A DNA stretch of 64,000 nt from positions 1 through 64,000 of the forward strand of contig DAIDBH010000014.1 of the NCBI GenBank assembly GCA_027310185.1, given 5' to 3'. Every line of letters starts with the position of its first letter. Position 1 is the first letter of the stretch. The stretch is from Thermoplasmatales archaeon (GTDB taxonomy: Archaea; Thermoplasmatota; Thermoplasmata; Thermoplasmatales; Thermoplasmataceae). Shown in pieces: positions 29,937 through 38,700 of this stretch. The translations under genes were made by a program, and so were the position numbers. The notes beneath the pieces were generated by a model. The model did no database searches, was not told the DNA's origin, and was given only the letters and a program-made list of their open reading frames with translations.

Positions 29937-30294
29937 TCGCCATAAAGCCTAGTTTTCATATTATTAGTAAAATGAAATTTTATCTCTTGTGGTTTCTACA
30001 TATATGCTCATGGATTCAAGTTCCAGAATATATTAATGCCTTGATGAGTATTGGAAGAGTAAGTCCCGTTTTATGTTAGAAAGCTGTTTGTATGGATCAC
30101 TGAAACTCTAAAAAACTTTTAAGTATGTGCATTCACGATAATTTTTCTTTGCGAACGTTTAATTTTTCATTGTAAGGTTGGATACGTTTGGTTTGCATAC
30201 TTAGTCGCATTTTTTATTAGTATATAAAGAAATTTAACATGTTTTTATTAAAACAAATATTTATATTCTTATTGGGGCTACATGATTGGTCACT

Positions 30295-30450
30295 ATGACA
30301 ATGGAAAAAAAGAGAATGCCTAACGATCAAAGATCGGATGTAAAAAACCCAACAGCAGTAGATTCAAAGAATGCAGCAAATAATAAAAGCAATCAGATGA
30401 ACCCAAAAAGTTCTTCGTTCAATGCATCAAAAAATAAAAATAAGAAATAA
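30295..30450 (+). CDS. 51-aa Asn/Lys-rich hydrophilic microprotein (not in ORF track)
   Basis: MTMEKKRMPNDQRSDVKNPTAVDSKNAANNKSNQMNPKSSSFNASKNKNKK; TTTATAT near 30260 and a downstream T-tract. Confidence 0.65.
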   Translation: MTMEKKRMPNDQRSDVKNPTAVDSKNAANNKSNQMNPKSSSFNASKNKNKK

Positions 30451-30546
30451 TTAATTTAAATTTTTTTTCTATTTATCATATTTCAAAAAATATTCAAATT
30501 GTACTGACTCGGTATTCATTTTAATTTTAGTTCCACACTTAAATTA

Positions 30547-30820
30547 TCGTAAATTCATCAAATTGATGCCTGCTTCATTGAATTCGTGAGTGAGATCATT
30601 CTTTTTGCACCAGTGCATATTCATTGCACGGATTGTTTCGGTTGTTAAATGCACTCACGCAGGGAATCATTATCTGCATCCATGATATGATGTTCATGAC
30701 GATTTAGAGAGACTAAAAAGCGGTGTGTAATCGACTCAATTTGATTTTTCAAATACATATCTGTCAGGCTTCAAAGACATCTGTGACTATGATTTCTACC
30801 TCCCTCGCATATCTCTGCTA
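30547..30820 (-). pseudogene. Possible transposase-like remnant
   Basis: Broken frames include REVEIIVTDVFEA*, resembling the DDE transposase IVTDG..AY motif, and EAGINL; multiple stops. Confidence 0.25.
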
Positions 30821-30951
30821 AATCAATGAAACTGACTTAGCACTGTAAAATCATGTTGAACTAAACCAATATCTTTATTAATTCATCAAATTTATTAACA
30901 AAGTAAATATACTCAATGGACACAAGTTACAGATATCTGTGGTGATTTTGA

Positions 30952-31620
30952 TTGTATGCAATTATAGAGGATGAACATCTTGCAAGGGTACCTCCTACCC
31001 TACTGGGAGAAAATTATGACAAGGCGATAGAAGAAGTTACAAGGGAGACCCTGCAGGGAACCCTGATAGATTATGTTCCAGACAAGAATTCGAGGGCAGA
31101 CATGCTTAAATGCTATGTCGTTTCCATACTGAGTATAAAGAAGATAGACTATGGCATAATTGTGCACGGTGATGGTGGCGTTTACCAGAAGATACACTAT
31201 AAAGCACTGGCATTCATTCCGAAGAATAATGAGATAATAGAAGGAATTGTGGTTTCAGTTGTCCCAAAGATCGGTGCTTTCGTAAGATTCGGACCATTCG
31301 AAGGTTTGCTTCACGTAGGTCAGATAATGGATGACAGGATAGACATGGATGAAAGTCAGAACAGGCTGGTTGGAAAGGATACAAACAGGGACATCAGGAT
31401 AGGAGACCAGGTCAGGGTGAGAATTGTTATGCTAAATCTTGCATCTTCCTCAGTAAGGGATAGAAGGATAGGATTTACCATGAAACAGCCGGGCCTGGGA
31501 AAGTTGCAGTGGCTAGAAGTTCCGGCAGTTGGTGAAAAGGAAACGCCATCAAAGAAGATAATAAAGAAAAAACAGAAATCTGAAGATAGTGAATCCAAGG
31601 TAAAGGAGAGTGCCCAGTAA
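30952..31620 (+). CDS. rpo7: DNA-directed RNA polymerase subunit Rpo7 (E')
   Basis: RVPPTLLG, GDGGVY, S1 domain FGPFEGLLHVGQIMDD, MKQPGLGKLQW; TTG start after GGTGA. Confidence 0.95.
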   Translation: MYAIIEDEHLARVPPTLLGENYDKAIEEVTRETLQGTLIDYVPDKNSRADMLKCYVVSILSIKKIDYGIIVHGDGGVYQKIHYKALAFIPKNNEIIEGIVVSVVPKIGAFVRFGPFEGLLHVGQIMDDRIDMDESQNRLVGKDTNRDIRIGDQVRVRIVMLNLASSSVRDRRIGFTMKQPGLGKLQWLEVPAVGEKETPSKKIIKKKQKSEDSESKVKESAQ

Positions 31621-31826
31621 TGGCAGGTAAATCAACCAAGAAAAGAACAATGGCCTGCAAGGTGTGCAAGAAGATATACATGGATTCACCATGCCCGCAA
31701 CATGGAGATTCTCATATGAGTGATGAGTGGTTTGGTTTTCTCATAATAAATGATACAGAAAATTCAATAATTGCAAAGACAGCAGGAATAACAGAACCAG
31801 GACGATATGCAATTAAGGTCAGATAA
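31620..31826 (+). CDS. spt4: Transcription elongation factor Spt4 (RpoE'')
   Basis: ACKVCK...CPQHG...SDEWFG...PGRYAIKVR; conserved synteny. Confidence 0.95.
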   Translation: MAGKSTKKRTMACKVCKKIYMDSPCPQHGDSHMSDEWFGFLIINDTENSIIAKTAGITEPGRYAIKVR

Positions 31827-32304
31827 GGATTATTTCCTGACGGAGGAATCCAAGGTACTAATCCAAAAAAACAATGGGAAGATAACAACTATTGAAGAAA
31901 TACTTGAAGTTGATCCAAGATTTTTATACGCAGTGGGCGACTATACATGCCAGCTTCTGGAAAAGAACAGGATTGATCCCCAGATAATGATATTCGATCT
32001 CACAACAAAAAGAGGTGAAAAGTCATATCCAGACAGGCCTGGATCAATAGCTGTTGAGAATCCCCAGGGAGTCATAAGTGGAAGACTCATAGATGTTATC
32101 AGGAAGAGTTTCAAGGAGGACAAAAGAGTAAGGATCAGGATAATAGGAGAGGAAGATCTTGCAGTTTTACCAATAATTTTTTATGCTCCTGTTAATTCAC
32201 TGGTAGTTTATGGAATTCCTGATGTGGGAACTGGTTCCATAAGAATAGATGAGAAGGTTAAGGAACTGACTAATTCAATATTAGAAAAAATGGAAGTGAA
32301 ATGA
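31807..32304 (+). CDS. GTP-dependent dephospho-CoA kinase (DUF359)
   Basis: VGD, D..TKR, NPQG, GEEDLAVLP, VVYGIP; conserved synteny. Confidence 0.9.
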   Translation: MQLRSDKDYFLTEESKVLIQKNNGKITTIEEILEVDPRFLYAVGDYTCQLLEKNRIDPQIMIFDLTTKRGEKSYPDRPGSIAVENPQGVISGRLIDVIRKSFKEDKRVRIRIIGEEDLAVLPIIFYAPVNSLVVYGIPDVGTGSIRIDEKVKELTNSILEKMEVK

Positions 32305-32604
32305 ATGAACTTGAAAATTGAGGAAACGAGAGAAAATAAGCTCTTGAAGAGGAAGGAAATAAAATACACAGTTGAGTTCGAGAAGAACAACACGCCATCA
32401 AGGGAGGTTGTGAAGGAACTTATAGCAAGAAACACAAATGCGAAGAAGGAACTGATCATTGTTGATTTCAATGAGCAGCTTACAGGTCTGCATGTGATAA
32501 GGGGCTATTCAAAGATTTACTCGACCAAAGAAGATGCCATGTTATATGAGCCGGACTATGAACTGTACAGAAATGGTCTGAAAGTAAAGGAGGAGAAGCA
32601 ATAA
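32305..32604 (+). CDS. rps24e: 30S ribosomal protein S24e
   Basis: [22 protein letters not shown]. Confidence 0.95.
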   Translation: MNLKIEETRENKLLKRKEIKYTVEFEKNNTPSREVVKELIARNTNAKKELIIVDFNEQLTGLHVIRGYSKIYSTKEDAMLYEPDYELYRNGLKVKEEKQ

Positions 32605-32765
32605 TGCAGAAGAGGGAACTGTATAAATTGGAAAACAGCAAGATCGTGAGGGAAAGAAGAAGCTGCCCCAGATGCGGAACTGGTGTTTTTCTTGCAGAAC
32701 ATGAAAACAGGCTGACCTGTGGAAAATGCGGTTATACAGAATTCAAAAATAAGAAGAAGAATTAA
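32604..32765 (+). CDS. rps27ae: 30S ribosomal protein S27ae (not in ORF track)
   Basis: Hand translation [53 protein letters not shown]; TAATG overlap with rps24e. Confidence 0.97.
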   Translation: MQKRELYKLENSKIVRERRSCPRCGTGVFLAEHENRLTCGKCGYTEFKNKKKN

Positions 32766-33064
32766 AGTTCGTCTATTCTTCTTGTAGTTTCACCAGCAGC
32801 CTTTTCTACTTCTTTATATTTTGTTTTTTCAATTTCTTTAGATGCATCATCTTCTGGGTTTATCCTCAAGAGATTCAACAGGTGTGTCAGTTCTGAATCC
32901 AGTATAAGTGATAATGTTCTTAGCATCTCTGCTTTTTCTGGATCTATTGACTTTCTCTTAGCTGATACAAAACAGTCAAAGTGCACACTTCCCTTCTTTG
33001 TGAATGTAAACTTCTGGCCTGTCTTTACATCACTGCTGCATTCATAGCATTTAAATTGCGCCAT
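32762..33064 (-). CDS. DUF2175-like zinc-binding protein
   Basis: CYEC...[17 protein letters not shown] followed by a helical tail. Confidence 0.75.
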   Translation of the reverse strand: MAQFKCYECSSDVKTGQKFTFTKKGSVHFDCFVSAKRKSIDPEKAEMLRTLSLILDSELTHLLNLLRINPEDDASKEIEKTKYKEVEKAAGETTRRIDEL

Positions 33065-33126
33065 ATGATGAAAATACATTAAGGCATATTAATTGTTTTC
33101 AGAATTTGCTATATGTAAAGTTACAG

Positions 33127-34338
33127 TCATTTATCCCCAATCTGTGTAACAATGCTCTTCTCTCCTGGGGATTTCCTGTTATACTTCCTGAAGAAAAGAA
33201 CGTAAAGAACAGGATCCAGAAGTGATACAATACCGGCAAAGGAAAACATCAAGGTAATATAGCCTGCACTCAGTAGAAAACTTCCAAATGTGGTTGAAGC
33301 GCCGTATGGCAATCTTCTCGCTATACCTGTGAGGCTGTTTCCTCTAGCCCTTTCTTCCGGTTTCAGCAACTCCATCTGGAAACTTTGCCTGATTGGAAGG
33401 GCAAGCTGGTATAAACCGGTTCTGATGGCATATACCACCCCTGCAATAATTGGTGGAACAAATGGGATTATTATGAATAGGACACTTCCAAGTGTCCTGA
33501 ATAAGCCAATGGCATATATTGCTCCAAAGAACCGTTCCATATATGTGGAAAAGACAACGGCGATACCAGCTGCGATGTAGGACCCGGTGAATATTTCTGA
33601 AATGATATAGGCAGGCAATCCAATATCATGAAAGTACAGAGATATAATTGGCGTTACAACACCAAGACCGACGCTACCGAAAGCACCTGAAAGTCCAATT
33701 TTCAATATGTTTCCTCCAGATTCCATTTCTATTGCTGGAGTCTTTTCCTTTCGCTTCTTAATTTTCGTGTCCTCCAGTAACAGTGTGATTGCTACAGAGG
33801 ACAGATTCAATACAAGAGCAATTAGGAATAGTACCTGATAATAATTTGAGATGTATATTTCCAGCAAAGCCGATGTGGAACTGCCAGCGATTGCCGAGAC
33901 AATGGACACTATCATCAGGATGGAATAGATTCCAGTCCTGTTTGATGGATCAGTCTTGTCTGCGACAAATGCAGTGAGTATTGGTGCCACTGGACCGCCA
34001 CCTGCACCCCCACCAATTGCACTGAATGTTATGCCAAATAATGAAGTAAGGGATATGATTATGATATTCCTGGTGAACAGGAAAGATATGAATATGAATG
34101 CTGGAAGTACTGACATGAGAAGAAGCGTCTTCTTCCTGCTGTAAAGATCCCCCAGGAAACCCGATAGCAATACAAGAACTGAACTTGCCACAGTTGCCAC
34201 AAGGGCATAGATTCCAACATATATGGTTGAGAAGCCTATGTGGACCAGGAACAATGGGATAAGAAATGCGATGTATCCAAAATAGAAACTTCTCAGTCCT
34301 CTTATGAGACCAAGCAAAGGAATCTGCTTCATCACCAC
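33127..34338 (-). CDS. MFS transporter
   Basis: About 12 TM segments; GFLGDLYSRKK motif A; ERARGNS. Confidence 0.9.
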   Translation of the reverse strand: MVMKQIPLLGLIRGLRSFYFGYIAFLIPLFLVHIGFSTIYVGIYALVATVASSVLVLLSGFLGDLYSRKKTLLLMSVLPAFIFISFLFTRNIIIISLTSLFGITFSAIGGGAGGGPVAPILTAFVADKTDPSNRTGIYSILMIVSIVSAIAGSSTSALLEIYISNYYQVLFLIALVLNLSSVAITLLLEDTKIKKRKEKTPAIEMESGGNILKIGLSGAFGSVGLGVVTPIISLYFHDIGLPAYIISEIFTGSYIAAGIAVVFSTYMERFFGAIYAIGLFRTLGSVLFIIIPFVPPIIAGVVYAIRTGLYQLALPIRQSFQMELLKPEERARGNSLTGIARRLPYGASTTFGSFLLSAGYITLMFSFAGIVSLLDPVLYVLFFRKYNRKSPGEKSIVTQIGDK

Positions 34339-34453
34339 GTATCCAACTCAAATATTAGAATATTGATAATCATGAGATTAAGTATTTATAAAATAGGTTT
34401 TCCCTATTTCATTAACAATAATAATTCTTATAGGCGGGTTGTCATGCTTAATT

Positions 34454-35551
34454 GTGACCATAACAAGAAATGGTACTGCCTACCTTCCCTTACACTATGG
34501 AAAACCTCCGGAACTACTTTACAGGAAGATTGTCCGATTGACGGGACAGATATGTGAACTGATCTCTGAGACATATGGAACCCAGGAGCTCATATTGAGA
34601 ATGTCGGATCCAGTATGGTTTCACTCGCTGAGCCTTGTTACCGGATTTGACTGGAATTCAAGCGGTACAACCACTACAACACTTCACGCATTGAAGGAAT
34701 ATTCAAACTCTAGGGACCTGGATTTCTTCGTTGCCGGAGGCAAGGGTATTCACATGAAGGAAAAATCAAGTGATATATCATCCAGATCCTCAATGTTCGC
34801 AACAGAGCATATTCCTGAAAGGGTCAGGAAGGAAACAGATCTTGCTGTCAAGATTGATGAGAACCTCCTGCAGGATACATATGATCTCTATATCCACGGT
34901 GTTGTAATGGATTATAAGGGAAACTATTCGGTCATACAGCAGGGCCTGAACACTGATGAGAAAATGGCCAGGAGATATCACTGGTCTTCCAGGCATATCA
35001 TGGAAAAAATGGAGGAAAGCCGGATGGGTATAAGGTCAGATATGCTTTCAGGCAACTGCCTTGATCTCTCAAGCCCACTTAGCAGGAAATCCAGGGAATC
35101 CATGCTTCAGGCAATCAAGGAGAAACCGAGAATTTCAAATGAGACCCAGCGAACCCTGGACTATTACAGTGATGAAAAGGTCCTGAATCTTGCAATAAAA
35201 GTTCCCTGGAAAAATCTCGAGAAAATATACGAATTTGAGCCATCTAATTTTGATGACCTGCTTCTCGTTCCAGGTGCTGGCAAGAGCACTATAAGAGCAC
35301 TTTGCTACATTGCAGAGGTCATCACTGGAGAGAAGCCAAGTTATGAGGATCCAGTGAGATATTCATATGCCCTGGGTGGAAAGGATGGAATTCCCAAGCC
35401 AGTTAACCATGAAGATTATGATCGATCAATAGAGTTCTTCGGTAACCTTCTGAAGCAGGGAGGAATGCAGGCAACAGAAAGGGAGAAGATACTGAGGAGG
35501 CTGAGCAGGGAAAGCGTAAATTCAGGATCTTACTATATTGTAAATTCCTGA
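34454..35551 (+). CDS. DUF763 family protein (start uncertain)
   Basis: LPLHYGKPP, GFDWNSSGTTT, GGKG, ARRYHW, HhH-like VPGAGKSTIRAL, GGKDGIP. Confidence 0.88.
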   Translation: MTITRNGTAYLPLHYGKPPELLYRKIVRLTGQICELISETYGTQELILRMSDPVWFHSLSLVTGFDWNSSGTTTTTLHALKEYSNSRDLDFFVAGGKGIHMKEKSSDISSRSSMFATEHIPERVRKETDLAVKIDENLLQDTYDLYIHGVVMDYKGNYSVIQQGLNTDEKMARRYHWSSRHIMEKMEESRMGIRSDMLSGNCLDLSSPLSRKSRESMLQAIKEKPRISNETQRTLDYYSDEKVLNLAIKVPWKNLEKIYEFEPSNFDDLLLVPGAGKSTIRALCYIAEVITGEKPSYEDPVRYSYALGGKDGIPKPVNHEDYDRSIEFFGNLLKQGGMQATEREKILRRLSRESVNSGSYYIVNS

Positions 35552-35717
35552 GGTATGTTGTCCAATTCGTAAAAAGCCTTTTATATCTTTTTACGTTGAA
35601 CTGCAGATTATCACGTTTAAACAGACCGGAGAAAAAAGAGGAGGTGTTGAAGAACATTTACCATTCCTTGATCCAATCATTTCAAAGTGGTTCAATGACA
35701 AATATGATTCCCTTACA

Positions 35718-38700
35718 GTGCCTCAGAAGAAGGTAATACCCCTGATTCATAAGGGTGAGAATGTACTTGTTTCCAGCCCAACCGGTACAGGAAAGACACT
35801 GACCGGATTTCTTGCCATAATAAATGAGCTCTTCCTGAGATCCAAGGAGAATGGGCTTGAAGATAAGATAGAGTGTGTGTATATCAGCCCACTGAAGGCT
35901 CTTGCCAACGATATAAACAGGAACCTGAACGAGCCCTTAAGGGAAATTTACAAACTTGCTGAAGAAAGTGACATGAACCTGCCAAAGATCAGGGTCGGCC
36001 TCAGAAGTGGCGATACAACACAGAATGACAGGCAGAAGATGCTCAGGAAGCCGCCACACATATTAATAACAACACCAGAATCCCTTGCCCTTTCACTGAC
36101 TGCACCAAAATTCAAGGAAAAGTTCAAGGATGTGAAATATGTCATTGTTGATGAAATACATGAGGTTTCTTCATCCAAGAGAGGCACTCTGCTTTCACTG
36201 AACCTGGAAAGACTGGAGGAACTATCACCAGGATTTGTCAGGATTGGACTTTCCGCGACTCAGGCTCCCCTTGACAGGATCTCGAATTTCCTATGTGGAT
36301 ATGAGAACGGAGAACCGAGGAAATGCAACATAGTGGATGTTGACCTGAAGAGGGGCCTTGATCTAATGACGCTGACACCTGTGGATGATCTCACGACTGC
36401 AGGATTTGAGGTTGCAAATGAAAGGATGTATGATATTCTTGTAAAACTCATAGAAGAACACAAGACCACGCTCATTTTCACGAATACAAGAAGTGCCACT
36501 GAACATGTGGCGATCAGGTTGAAAGCCCGTGGAATTGATAGCCTTGAGGCACACCATTCATCCTTAGGAAAGGAGATTAGGCTTGGCGTGGAAGAGAAAT
36601 TGAAGAATGGAGAATTGAAGTGCGTTATTTCATCAACATCACTTGAACTTGGAATTGATATTGGCAGTGTTGATCTTGTTGTACAGATAGGAAGCCCGAA
36701 ATCCGTATCGAAAGGACTGCAGAGGATCGGGAGGGCCGGGCACTCAATCACAAAACTGAGCCAGGGTAGATTTGTTGTATTCAACCTGGATGATCTGGTG
36801 GAATGTGCAGTACTAACAAAGGCAGCCTATGATCGTGAGATAGATCGGGTCAGCATTCCAGAAGGTGCCCTTGATGTACTTTCGCAGGCAGTGGTTGGAA
36901 TGTCCCTGGAAAAAACATGGAGCATTGATGAAAGCTACAACCTCATAAGGAGATCCTATCCTTACAGGAACCTGACCATGGAAGACTACATGTCTGTAAT
37001 TAATTATCTTGCAGGCAGGATTGAAAATAACACCATATATTCAAAAATATGGTATGATGAGGAGGAGAAGGTATTCGGGAAGAAGAAGAGTACAAGGATG
37101 ATCTACTTCATGAATATCGGTACAATTCCAGATGATTCAGACTACAGGGTGATCGATCTCAGCGGCAGGCATCTTGGCCAGCTGAGTGATAAGTTTGTTG
37201 AGAGAATGACAGCAGGGGATATCTTTGTTCTGGGTGCGAGAACATATGCATTCATACGCACGAGAGGAAACAGGGTGATCGTCAGGGACGCAACAGGCCT
37301 GAAACCAACAATTCCATCGTGGACAGGAGAGATGCTCCCAAGAAGTTATGATCTCGGGACACTTATCGGAAAATTCAGGGATAATATTCAGAAGAGTCTT
37401 GATAAGGATGATCTCAGGGAATGGCTGAGGGAAAATTATCACCTGGATGAGAATGGGGCAAGAAGCATCATTTCATATATAAGAGCACAGACCAAGTTCG
37501 ACGTACCGACCGATAGCCATCTGTATGTGGAAGGATACCGGGAGAATGGATTATACAGTATACTGTTCCTGATACCTCTTGGCAGGAGGGTCAATGATGC
37601 CATATCGAGGGCTTATGCCCAGGCAATTTCCAATACATACGAGACAAATACAAGGGTTACTGTCACCGATGATGGATTCATGCTTACAGTTGAATCCTCA
37701 ATCCCAATAAAGAATGTCATTAATCTCATAGACGCGGATAATTTTGTTGACTACGTGAAAAGATCCGTCATGAATACAACTGTCTTCAAGGAGAGATTCA
37801 GGCAGTGTGCAACACGATCACTGATGGTCCTGAGAAGATACAAGGGCCATGAGGTTTCTGTTGTGATCCAGCAGCTGAGGAGTGACAAGGTTTTGAGGGC
37901 AATAGAGAATATACCCAATTTTCCAGTGGTGACAGAAACATACAGGGAAATAATGAATGATATGATGGATGTACCCTCTGCCCTGAAATATGTTGAGGAA
38001 GTTATAGGAAGAAATCAGTATACTGTAAAGGATTATTCAGAGGAGGCAAGCCCGTTCTCCCTATCCCTAATCCTGGCCGGTGTTTCTGATGTTGTCCTGA
38101 TGGAGGAAAGGGCCAAGCTGATGAAGGAATTGCAGAGCAGGATTGTGGATCGGGTATATGGAACAGAGTACATGGATTTCAAGATAAAGGATCCAAGAAT
38201 AGTGGATAATTTTTACAGGAGCAAGGTTCCACCGGTAAGTGACATGGAAAGTTACATGGAATTGTGCAGGCATTTTCCAATGGTTGATATCACCAAGTCA
38301 AGGTTCAATTCCCCTTTCCCATATTCTTCGGTTGATACACCTGCCATTGGCAGGGAACTTGTGAAGGAAGAAAAGTTGTGGAGTATCAGCCTCAGGGGAC
38401 TTTACTGGGTCACTGAGGAAAGATACGGACTTTTCAGGGAACTGTTCGCAAGAAATCGTCCGCTGAATGAGGAAGAGCAGAAGGTACTGGAAGAGTGCAA
38501 TGGAAGCACGCCAAGGGAGATCCAGCAGAATACGGGTTATGAAGAATCACAGGTAAAGAACGCCCTGCTTGCACTGGAATCAATGTACCTTGTTAGGAGA
38601 AAATTCAAGCGTGAAGTATTTTCCTATGAGAAGATTGATGCTTACCCTGAAAGCAGTTATACAGTGGAAGATCTCTTCTTTGACCTGCTTAATTCCATGG

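Noticed and set aside
36260-36784. Long antisense ORFs (also 15056..15550, 46410..46913, 48703..49263 and most 60-130 aa overlaps in the track)
   Set aside because: They are shadows of well-supported genes on the opposite strand, with no motifs or expression signals.
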